A DNA stretch of 44,355 bases from a virus. The DNA is taken from the IMG/VR virus record IMGVR_UViG_3300010266_000001, positions 1 through 44,355 of that record; one strand, written 5' to 3'. Position 1 is the first letter of the stretch, and each line of letters begins with the position of its first letter. The notes beneath the pieces are model-generated. The model was not told the DNA's origin, ran no database searches, and worked only from the letters and a program-made list of their open reading frames with translations. The position numbers and the translations under genes are program-made. Below are positions 5,828-13,113 of this stretch, in pieces.

Positions 5828-6485
5828 CGAGTTTGGCAAGTTCACCTTTGACCTGTTCCAGAACTTCAGGATATTCAGAATCAGGGTTCATGGAATATTG
5901 ATCTTCGTATTTTTTCAGGGTGTTCAGATACCGGTTCCAATGGGTGGCTTTGGCCTTTGCGGTTTTCAATTCATCAATCTTGGCTTTCTGATCGGAATAG
6001 GAATCTAACAAAACCCGTTCTTTCTGACTATCAGCCGCCTTGAAGAAAGAAGCTGGAAGATCAGATGTGTAAGGGATGATCCCGGCCTTGGCCGCTTGAT
6101 CCACCGTCAGGGCTATTTGCATACCATATTCATAGCGGGAAAAGAATGTTTCAAGGTTCTTCGTCTTTTCAAAGATGTTCAAACAATCTTGAACAATCCG
6201 CATATGGTTTTTGGCTTCTGCTACGGTGTAGGCCCCCGGCATGGATTTAATAGCCCGTTCCGGGTTCAGATTGGAATGAACCTGAACGGTGGGTTCTGTT
6301 TTGGGTGGGGCCTTCTGTTTTGGCTTTCTTTTTCGCAGAAGCAGGAACAGGAAGAACCCCATAATGACATCCATTATGATGAACACGGGGCGGAGTTCTG
6401 GCGCTTCCGTAAAAAACATGATTGTGTAGACGATAAACCCGAAACTGAAAAAGAAGATTCCAAAGCCTTTCAAAAACTTCTTCAT
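5793..6485 (-). CDS. Membrane protein co-transcribed with the repressor (function unknown)
   Basis: RBS gaaggtgg. 230 aa with two N-terminal TM segments (GFGIFFFSFGFIVYTIMFF and VFIIMDVIMGFFLFLLL), a basic linker and a helical soluble domain. It starts 12 nt after the repressor stop. Confidence 0.75.
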   Translation of the reverse strand: MKKFLKGFGIFFFSFGFIVYTIMFFTEAPELRPVFIIMDVIMGFFLFLLLRKRKPKQKAPPKTEPTVQVHSNLNPERAIKSMPGAYTVAEAKNHMRIVQDCLNIFEKTKNLETFFSRYEYGMQIALTVDQAAKAGIIPYTSDLPASFFKAADSQKERVLLDSYSDQKAKIDELKTAKAKATHWNRYLNTLKKYEDQYSMNPDSEYPEVLEQVKGELAKLDLSTSVPPSNP

Positions 6486-6496
6486 CCAGCCACCTT

Positions 6497-7126
6497 CTAT
6501 CTAATATCACTTTGGAAGGCTACGGCTTTTCCAAGAATCCTGATATGATTCAGTTCTTCGCCTGTGTAACGCATGGTTTTATACTTTGGATTTTCAGCGA
6601 ACAACAACAGTTCGTTTTCTTCAGGATTATATTGAACACGCTTCAATGTGGCTTCATCACCAATCAGGACAGCGGCAATTTCACCATCATCCACCATTTC
6701 CTGTTTTCTGATAAACACAATATCCCCGTCATAGATTCTGGCCCCGATCATGGAATCACCCTTGGCCTTCAAGCAGAAATCAGCATGAATGTTTGCACCA
6801 GCTTCCACATACAGTTCCTTTTCTTCGTTGGCAAAGATAGGGGTTCCACAAGCAATGTTCCCAAGTAATGGGAACTTTCGCTTTTCAATTCTAAATAGGT
6901 TATCCAATTCAACTTCTTCTTTCCAGCCCATTAAATAGGCCGGTGTGGTGTGAAGAACTTTCGCCAAGTCTGCTATTTTATCACGGCGCATATTGGCGAT
7001 AATCCCATTTTCCCATTTCCGAACGGTGCTTTTACCTACGCCAACAGCATTGCCCACCTGTTCAAGAGTAAGATTATTTTCTTCACGCAAAGCCTTGATT
7101 TTTTGGCCCATAGTCAAATCAGCCAC
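6497..7126 (-). CDS. CI/LexA-like repressor (XRE HTH + S24 peptidase domain)
   Basis: GTG at 7126 has RBS aaagggg (alternative ATG at 7111). The HTH is LTLEQVGNAVGVGKSTVRKWENG. The S24 part is KAKGDSMIGARIYDGDIVFIRKQ...ATLKRV. Confidence 0.9.
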   Translation of the reverse strand: MADLTMGQKIKALREENNLTLEQVGNAVGVGKSTVRKWENGIIANMRRDKIADLAKVLHTTPAYLMGWKEEVELDNLFRIEKRKFPLLGNIACGTPIFANEEKELYVEAGANIHADFCLKAKGDSMIGARIYDGDIVFIRKQEMVDDGEIAAVLIGDEATLKRVQYNPEENELLLFAENPKYKTMRYTGEELNHIRILGKAVAFQSDIR

Positions 7127-7156
7127 ATCAACACCCCTTTCACGGTTAGTAACAAC

Positions 7157-7185
7157 AGTATAACCGCAATGTGTCCTTTTTGCAA
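7157..7185 (-). promoter_or_regulatory. Candidate repressor-maintenance promoter (TTGCAA-17-TATACT on the minus strand)
   Basis: The minus strand reads ttgcaa aaaggacacattgcggt tatact. The spacer contains an aggacac operator half-site (plus strand gtgtcct at 7171-7177). Confidence 0.5.
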
Positions 7186-7234
7186 CCCCTAAAGCGAAAA
7201 AACAAAAAAAGTTTCCTTTAATCCACAAATGGGG

Positions 7235-7263
7235 TTGACAAGCAACAAGGGGTGTGATACTAT
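7235..7263 (+). promoter_or_regulatory. Candidate early rightward promoter (TTGACA-17-TACTAT with TGn)
   Basis: ttgaca agcaacaaggggtgtga tactat, with the operator palindrome beginning 5 nt downstream. Confidence 0.6.
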
Positions 7264-7267
7264 GATG

Positions 7268-7283
7268 GTGTCCTAAAAGACAC
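7268..7283. promoter_or_regulatory. 16-bp palindromic operator GTGTCCTAAAAGACAC
   Basis: Inverted repeat located at the +1 region of the rightward promoter. An identical site in reverse complement lies at 15847-15862 and a perfect version at 8133-8148. Confidence 0.6.
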
Positions 7284-7322
7284 GGCAAAAGCGAATAAGA
7301 CACCGAAAGGGGTATATGAGAT

Positions 7323-7574
7323 ATGAAGAAGTTCAGCGCAATAGTCAAGGACGGAACTAAAACCGTTTTCATCACCAATCAGGAATACCGGACAAAGGCC
7401 GACTTCATTCATGATCTTCGATGCAACGGGTACAAGGTCAATCCGATGAAGGTCAAGACTTCCCGGACTTTCGATTACATCATCAATCACACCAACTGTA
7501 ACCCGTGGGATTGGAAACTTACTGATAAAGAAGTTGATGATATTACGGATTATCACCCCGGAAGGAGTATGTGA
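7323..7574 (+). CDS. Hypothetical early protein (first gene of the rightward operon, no HTH recognised)
   Basis: RBS aaagggg. 83 aa: MKKFSAIVKDGTKTVFITNQEYRTKADFIHDLRCNGYKVNPMK... Confidence 0.6.
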   Translation: MKKFSAIVKDGTKTVFITNQEYRTKADFIHDLRCNGYKVNPMKVKTSRTFDYIINHTNCNPWDWKLTDKEVDDITDYHPGRSM

Positions 7575-7577
7575 GAT

Positions 7578-7736
7578 ATGGAAGTTTGGAAAGAAAACAA
7601 ACAGACGGGCCTTTCTTGTGGGATCAATGACTTTGGTGAATTGTTCCTTGGCAATAAAGGAAGCGGATACAATTTACCCGACACCCCCGAAAATCGTGAA
7701 TATATTTTGAATGATTTTGACTATTGGAATCAATAA
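7578..7736 (+). CDS. Small hypothetical protein (52 aa; below the ORF-track cutoff)
   Basis: RBS ggaaggag lies upstream. ATG at 7578, TAA at 7734-7736: MEVWKENKQTGLSCGINDFGELFLGNKGSGYNLPDTPENREYILNDFDYWNQ. Confidence 0.45.
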   Translation: MEVWKENKQTGLSCGINDFGELFLGNKGSGYNLPDTPENREYILNDFDYWNQ

Positions 7737-7934
7737 GCCGAAACGGGCCTGATGGCCCGTCTACCGGAACCGCCCCACCGGTGCTGATGATGGCAGGGCA
7801 ACAGCGACAACATGAGCGCCCCCGGTTTATGGGTTCGGGTATTGGGTATCAATCCCCATGTAAAAGGTATGACCGCCCGGAAATTGCTTGTTGGGGCTTT
7901 GGCTGTTCTATTTTTGAAGAAAGGATGTGAGCGA

Positions 7935-8141
7935 ATGAACAAGGCCCGCTTGGAATATGAAATGTCTGTTCGGGGTGTCACCCGTGCCAAGCTGTGTGAA
8001 GTCCTTGGGATTTCCCGATCCGCCTTTTACCGAAAGTGTAATGGGGGTTCGGAGTTCACCCAAGGCGAGATTCAGAAGATCGTGGATTTTCTGAACCTTG
8101 AAACCCCGGTGGGAATTTTTTTTGATGCGAAAGTGTCCTAA
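7935..8141 (+). CDS. XRE-family HTH protein (Cro-like)
   Basis: RBS gaaagga precedes the internal ATG at 7935. 68 aa: MNKARLEYEMSVRGVTRAKLCEVLGISRSAFYRKCNGGSEFTQGEIQKIVDFL. Confidence 0.75.
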   Translation: MNKARLEYEMSVRGVTRAKLCEVLGISRSAFYRKCNGGSEFTQGEIQKIVDFLNLETPVGIFFDAKVS

Positions 8142-8148
8142 AGGACAC
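8133..8148. promoter_or_regulatory. Perfect palindromic operator GTGTCCT-AA-AGGACAC
   Basis: 7-bp arms are perfectly inverted. The site overlaps the stop codon of the Cro-like gene and precedes the SprT-like gene. Confidence 0.6.
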
Positions 8149-8165
8149 CACAAGGAGTAAGAACC

Positions 8166-8786
8166 ATGAATGAAGTCAGTTTGAAACCGGTCATTGATGA
8201 ACTTGAAACCTTGTTTTCAAAGTTCAACAAAGCCTTCTTTGAAGAGAAGCTGGAAAAGCCTGTGATCACCGTTTCCCCGGATCATACCCGTGGGGCCTAT
8301 GGGTGGTGTACCGGTTGGAAGGCGTGGCAAGACGGCACCAAGGAAGGCGGCTATTACGAAATCAACCTGTGTGCTGAATACCTGAACCGCCCCTTTGAAG
8401 AAACCTGTGGAACCTTGCTTCACGAAATGGTTCACCTTCAGAACCTTCAGGACAATGTTCAGGACACTTCCCGTTCTGGTTCCTACCACAACCGGAAGTT
8501 CAAGGAAACCGCTGAAGCCCACGGGCTGACCGTGGAGAAAGGCGAAAAGTACGGATGGCACAAAACCACCCTGAACCCGCAAGCTGAAGCCTTTGTGAAA
8601 TCCCTTGGCAAGTCCGGGTTCTGTCTGGTTCGGCCCCGTACCAATCCGCTGAAGGGTTCCCGGAAGGGGGGGGGATCAAGTTCCCGCAAGTATGTTTTCC
8701 CCTGTTGCGGAACCATCATCCGGGCCACCAAGGAAGTTCATGTTCTCTGTGGAGAATGTGAAGTGGCCTTTGAAGAACAAGAGTGA
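8166..8786 (+). CDS. SprT-like zinc metallopeptidase domain protein with C-terminal zinc ribbon
   Basis: RBS aaggag. LLHEMVHLQN provides the HExxH motif. The C-terminal PCCGTIIRATKEVHVLCGECEV provides CC...CxxC. Confidence 0.75.
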   Translation: MNEVSLKPVIDELETLFSKFNKAFFEEKLEKPVITVSPDHTRGAYGWCTGWKAWQDGTKEGGYYEINLCAEYLNRPFEETCGTLLHEMVHLQNLQDNVQDTSRSGSYHNRKFKETAEAHGLTVEKGEKYGWHKTTLNPQAEAFVKSLGKSGFCLVRPRTNPLKGSRKGGGSSSRKYVFPCCGTIIRATKEVHVLCGECEVAFEEQE

Positions 8787-8821
8787 TAACCCAATAAAGC
8801 TGTTTGAAAGGAGTACGCACA

Positions 8822-9250
8822 ATGACCACCTTTGCAGAGCGTTTGAAGAACGCTATGGAACAGGCCAACATGAGCCAATCCGCCCTGTCTGAACAGGCCG
8901 GGGCTTCCAAGGCCGCTATCAGCCAATATCTTTCCGGGAAGAACACCCCCGGCCCTGACCGTATCAAGGCCCTTGCCGATGCCACCGGCGTTTCCTTTGA
9001 TTACCTGATGGTCTATGGAGCCGCCCCGGTTGCTGAACCGCCCATCAAGAAGATCAGCGTGAAGGAAGCCGCCCGGTGCATGGGTAAATCTGATCAGTTC
9101 GTCAGAATCGGCCTTCAGCGTGGCCTTCTTCCCTTCGGGAACGCTGTTCCCGGAACCGGTGCTTGCTGGAATTACTACATCAACCCCACCAAGTTCCGTG
9201 ATTATGTGGGTGCTGATCAGTTCAATTCCTTCTTCGGCCTTACGGCCTGA
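8822..9250 (+). CDS. XRE-family HTH DNA-binding protein
   Basis: RBS gaaaggag. MTTFAERLKNAMEQANMSQSALSEQAGASKAAISQYLSGKNTP. Confidence 0.75.
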   Translation: MTTFAERLKNAMEQANMSQSALSEQAGASKAAISQYLSGKNTPGPDRIKALADATGVSFDYLMVYGAAPVAEPPIKKISVKEAARCMGKSDQFVRIGLQRGLLPFGNAVPGTGACWNYYINPTKFRDYVGADQFNSFFGLTA

Positions 9251-9272
9251 TTTCTGAAAAGGAGTAAATGAG

Positions 9273-9641
9273 ATGAAAACCAGATTTGATGGAACCCTGT
9301 GGATCGGGGCCGGTGGACAGGCTTTCCGCCCCGCCGAAATGGAAACCGATCACCTGTTGAACACGGTGAAGATGCTGAAGAACCGCCCCGGTGTGGTGGT
9401 GTCTATGGTGGTTCGTGATATTGAAGCCACCCCCGATTGTTGCCCCTTTGATCCCTTCAACGGCGGTCATTCCGGGATGGTGAAGCAGTCCTTGTTCAAT
9501 ATCACTTCCCTTTCCCCGGAACAGGTGAGTGATTACGCCTTGAACAGCCCCTTGGGAATGGCTATGAAGGCCGAACTTCTTTCCCGTGGCGTGAATGTGG
9601 AAAACTACCTTTCCATGATTGAAGCGCCTGAAACCCTATGA
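9273..9641 (+). CDS. Hypothetical protein
   Basis: RBS aaaggag. 122 aa. No family recognised. Confidence 0.6.
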   Translation: MKTRFDGTLWIGAGGQAFRPAEMETDHLLNTVKMLKNRPGVVVSMVVRDIEATPDCCPFDPFNGGHSGMVKQSLFNITSLSPEQVSDYALNSPLGMAMKAELLSRGVNVENYLSMIEAPETL

Positions 9642-10996
9642 TCAGCCTATTCCAGCACCAGCAACAGGCCCTTGACGAAACCGAGGGAAAGAACCGGGTT
9701 GCCTATTACCTTGATATGGGCCTTGGCAAGACCTTCGTTGGTTCCGAAAAAATGATGAAGCTAAACCGCCGTGTGAATCTGGTGGTGTGCCAATGTTCAA
9801 AAGTTCAAGACTGGATTGAACATTTTCAAGACTACTACACCCGGAATTGTGTGTTTGACCTGACCAACCCCAAAACCTTCAAATGGTTCTTTGAACAGGT
9901 TCAGCATGAAGTTCCAACCCTGATGATTGGCGTGATCAACTACGCACTGACCTTCAGGCGGAATGTGCTGAAAACCCTGACCGGCTTCACGCTGATGTTG
10001 GATGAAAGTTCCTTGATCCAGAACGAGAACGCCAAACGGTCAAAGTTCATTCTTGGGCTGAAACCGGATAATGTGATCCTTCTGTCAGGCACCCCCACGG
10101 GCGGCAAGTATGAAAACCTGTGGAGCCAATGCCAACTGTTGGGGTGGAAGATTTCAAAAGAACTGTTCTGGAAGCAGTACATTCAAACGGAATGGGTTGA
10201 AACCGATGGATTTTGGCGGCAACAGATTACCGGCTATAAGAATGTTGACCGGCTGAAAATGAAGCTGGCCGAACATGGGGCCGTTTTCATGACTACCGAA
10301 CAGGCCGGAATCAGCCTTCCAAAACGGAACTGGATCAAGGTCAAAACCCGCCCTTCACCCCTTTATTGGAAGTTCTGGAATGATCGCTATATTGCGATTG
10401 ACAGCGCCAACCTTGGTGAATTTGAACTGGATGCGGATTTCTACGGTTCCAATGCCCATTGTGAACGGGAATTGATCGGTGATACCAGTTTGACCCGCCG
10501 CCTTTACGCCCGTCAGCTTTGCGGCCTATATAACCCGGCCCGTTATGAAGCCTTCCGGGATTTGGTGAACAGCACGGAAGATCGCTTGATTGTGTTCTAT
10601 AACTTCACGGAAGAAATGGAACGCCTGAAGGGGATTGCCAAGGGCCTGAACCGGCCTGTGTCTGTGCTTTCCGGTGAAGAAAAGAACTTGGATGCTTACC
10701 GCTACCAGCATAACAGCATTACCTTCATTCAGTATCAGGCCGGTGCAATGGGCGGCAATTTCCAGCTTGCCAACAAAATCATTTACTTCAGCCTTCCCCA
10801 AGGTTCGGAATTGTGGGAGCAATCCCAAAAGCGTATTCACCGCCTTGGGCAAGAACGGCCATGTTTCTATTACCTGATGATCTGTCCGGGAACGGTTGAA
10901 GAAGATATTCTTTCCACTTTGGAAATGAGAAAGGACTATACCGATGAACTATTCAGAAAGTATGAGCAAGCGGCAACAGCGCCGCAAAGCCCTTAA
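9638..10996 (+). CDS. SNF2-family (DEAD/H-like) helicase
   Basis: Motifs: LDMGLGKT (I), LMLDESS (II), LLSGTP (III) and QKRIHRLGQERP (VI). Confidence 0.9.
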   Translation: MISLFQHQQQALDETEGKNRVAYYLDMGLGKTFVGSEKMMKLNRRVNLVVCQCSKVQDWIEHFQDYYTRNCVFDLTNPKTFKWFFEQVQHEVPTLMIGVINYALTFRRNVLKTLTGFTLMLDESSLIQNENAKRSKFILGLKPDNVILLSGTPTGGKYENLWSQCQLLGWKISKELFWKQYIQTEWVETDGFWRQQITGYKNVDRLKMKLAEHGAVFMTTEQAGISLPKRNWIKVKTRPSPLYWKFWNDRYIAIDSANLGEFELDADFYGSNAHCERELIGDTSLTRRLYARQLCGLYNPARYEAFRDLVNSTEDRLIVFYNFTEEMERLKGIAKGLNRPVSVLSGEEKNLDAYRYQHNSITFIQYQAGAMGGNFQLANKIIYFSLPQGSELWEQSQKRIHRLGQERPCFYYLMICPGTVEEDILSTLEMRKDYTDELFRKYEQAATAPQSP

Positions 10997-11525
10997 CCAG
11001 CGGTTCAGGCGGATGTTCCTTGTGGCCCTTCTGATGGGCCTTGCAATGGGGTTTATATTTGGGCGCTGTTCTGCTGTCAACAGCAAGGCCCCGGATGCCC
11101 CTATTGAATCGGATCAGCTTACCGCCGTGGCCCCGGATGTGACCTTGGAGCCGGTGGAAACTCCGCTGGTGGAAGAACCCGCCGAACCTGAACCGGTGCT
11201 GTTGGGCAGTTTCAGAATTACCGCCTATTGTTCCTGTGAAAAGTGTTGCGGCGAATGGGGCAAGAACCGGCCCAACGGCATTGTGTATGGTGCCGCTGGT
11301 GTGGAACTGAAAGCCGGTGTTTCCTGTGCTTCCCCGCTTCCCTTGGGAACCGTGGTGGAAGTGGAAGGCTTGGGTGAATACATCGTTCAGGATCGCCCCG
11401 CCCAATGGGTGATTGACAAATACGGTGAAAACCAGATCGACATTTATTTTGACAACCATGAAGCCGCTTCCGCCTTCGGCCTGAAGCAGTTGAATGTTTA
11501 TCTGAAAGGAGAACCCGAAAAATGA
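10944..11525 (+). CDS. Membrane-anchored 3D-domain protein (putative peptidoglycan-active)
   Basis: Basic N-terminus plus TM segment MFLVALLMGLAMGFIF. The C-terminal FRITAYCSCEKCCGEWG...GVSCASPLPLGTVVEVEGLGEYIVQDR...IDIYF matches the 3D-domain pattern. Confidence 0.75.
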   Translation: MNYSESMSKRQQRRKALNQRFRRMFLVALLMGLAMGFIFGRCSAVNSKAPDAPIESDQLTAVAPDVTLEPVETPLVEEPAEPEPVLLGSFRITAYCSCEKCCGEWGKNRPNGIVYGAAGVELKAGVSCASPLPLGTVVEVEGLGEYIVQDRPAQWVIDKYGENQIDIYFDNHEAASAFGLKQLNVYLKGEPEK

Positions 11526-11968
11526 TCAAATGCGAAAATGCTTGCCCCCGTGGAAAATTTGATGGGTGTTGCCACAAATGCCCGGAGTTCCACACTTGCC
11601 CTGATTCCTGTCAGGAAAACCCGAACGCCTGTGGTTCGGCCACCTTCGATGAAGAAACGGCCCTTCAGGAGTTCAAGAACACCCAGCTTGCCACCCTGAA
11701 CGCCATTGCTTCCCTGACCGCCCACAAGAAGGCCATTGAGGATCAGGAAAAGGAAATGAAGGCCAAGTTGTATGAAGCAATGGTGAAGTTCGGTGTGGAT
11801 AAGTTTGAATCCGATGTTCTGAACCTTACCCTTGTGAAGCCCACCAATGCCACCAGCATTGATTCCGCCAAGCTGAAGAAGAAATACCCGGACATTGCTT
11901 CCGAGTGTTCCAAGACCACCGCCAAGGCCGGTTATGTGAAGATCACCCTGAAGGAAGGTGGGCAGTAA
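11522..11968 (+). CDS. Hypothetical protein with Cys-rich N-terminus
   Basis: 148 aa. The N-terminal 40 aa contain 9 Cys (CENACPRGKFDGCCHKCPEFHTCPDSCQENPNAC). The rest is helical. Confidence 0.6.
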   Translation: MIKCENACPRGKFDGCCHKCPEFHTCPDSCQENPNACGSATFDEETALQEFKNTQLATLNAIASLTAHKKAIEDQEKEMKAKLYEAMVKFGVDKFESDVLNLTLVKPTNATSIDSAKLKKKYPDIASECSKTTAKAGYVKITLKEGGQ

Positions 11969-12273
11969 TGACCGTTGAACAGATTGAACTTCGGAGGATT
12001 TTAACCCAAATGTTGGCGGATAACGGGATCAACCGTGAAACCATCAAAGGCTTTGTGGAAGAAATTGTTTCTGAAAAAGTTGATCGGGCGATTGACCGGA
12101 TTATTCATGAAACCAACATGGATTCTCTTGTGAGAACAACGGTTCAGAACACTATCAACCGCACCATTTCTGATGAAGTGAGCTGGAATGTTCGCCGGGT
12201 GCTTGGAAGGGTTTCAATTTCCATTGAAACCCACGGGAACTTCAGGGGTGAAGCCGATGGAAAAGCAGATTGA
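11968..12273 (+). CDS. Hypothetical protein
   Basis: RBS gaaggaaggtgg. TAATG overlap with the preceding gene. 101 aa. Confidence 0.6.
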   Translation: MTVEQIELRRILTQMLADNGINRETIKGFVEEIVSEKVDRAIDRIIHETNMDSLVRTTVQNTINRTISDEVSWNVRRVLGRVSISIETHGNFRGEADGKAD

Positions 12274-12430
12274 TATTTGTGCCACCTGTGTTCACGATGA
12301 ACCCGGTTATTGTTCCGTCATTGGCACCATTCCCCATTGCTGTTCCCGCCATTGGCATTGCGAACCGGGAAAAGCCGCAAAGGACTATGTTCCCAAACAG
12401 GAAGAAGGTGAAGCTGATGGCAAGGGATGA
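12257..12430 (+). CDS. Small Cys-rich protein (57 aa)
   Basis: RBS aggggtga. MEKQIDICATCVHDEPGYCSVIGTIPHCCSRHWHCEPG. Confidence 0.45.
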   Translation: MEKQIDICATCVHDEPGYCSVIGTIPHCCSRHWHCEPGKAAKDYVPKQEEGEADGKG

Positions 12431-12692
12431 AGTATGGGATGCCCTGAAGAATCATGCCAAACAGGTTCATTCAGAACGGGTTGCAAAGAACCCCGACCGG
12501 ATCGCCTATGCCATTCAGCAGTTTGAAGCCCACGGCATTGAATACCAACTGAAGAATGAGCAAACCGGACATTTCCATTGTTGGCGGAAGTCTGATGATA
12601 AACTGTTCCAATTCTACGCTGGAACGGGTAAAATTCAGGGCTTCACCCAAGTCAGAGGTATTCACAGCCTGATTCAGATGTTGGAGGGGTGA
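12417..12692 (+). CDS. Hypothetical protein
   Basis: RBS aaggtga. 91 aa: MARDEVWDALKNHAKQVHSERVAKNPDRIAYAIQQFEAHGIEY... Confidence 0.55.
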   Translation: MARDEVWDALKNHAKQVHSERVAKNPDRIAYAIQQFEAHGIEYQLKNEQTGHFHCWRKSDDKLFQFYAGTGKIQGFTQVRGIHSLIQMLEG

Positions 12693-12696
12693 GCCG

Positions 12697-13113
12697 ATGG
12701 CCGGTGAAAAAAACTTTGAAAATCGCCTGAAGGAATGGCTGGAAGCTGAAGGGATATATCCCTTGGGTGAACCTGTTGACCACATGAGCGCCCCGCCCTG
12801 TGGCTTCTATGAAAAGCGTTGGGGTGGAAGCCGGTATGTGAAAAGCGGCCTTCCCGATATGCGGATCACCGTGAAGGGCATTGCCCTTGAAGTGGAGCTG
12901 AAGGCCACCGATGGAACCCCATCTGTGCTTCAGAAGCGTAACTTGGCCCAAATCAACGGTTCACAGGGGTTCGGGTTCATCCTTTACCCGGAAGGCTTTG
13001 AAGCCTTCAAGACTATTGTGAAAGGGGTGAAACAATGCGAGTTTCCCACAGCCGGGTTGAAGTCTTTGATAGATGCCCATACAAATACCGCTTGCGATAT
13101 GTGGAAGGGATAG
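12697..13113 (+). CDS. VRR-NUC / PD-(D/E)XK-type nuclease
   Basis: SGLPDMRITVKGIALEVELKATDGTPSVLQKRNLAQING fits the PD...ExK plus Q pattern of VRR-NUC domains. Confidence 0.6.
   Translation: MAGEKNFENRLKEWLEAEGIYPLGEPVDHMSAPPCGFYEKRWGGSRYVKSGLPDMRITVKGIALEVELKATDGTPSVLQKRNLAQINGSQGFGFILYPEGFEAFKTIVKGVKQCEFPTAGLKSLIDAHTNTACDMWKG

Noticed and set aside
6497-7378. Full 293-aa version of the repressor ORF, and the 109-aa version of the Cro-like ORF (7812..8141)
   Set aside because: The N-terminal extensions cross the divergent promoter/operator region or RBS-less GC-rich sequence. Internal starts with good RBS give canonical HTH N-termini.
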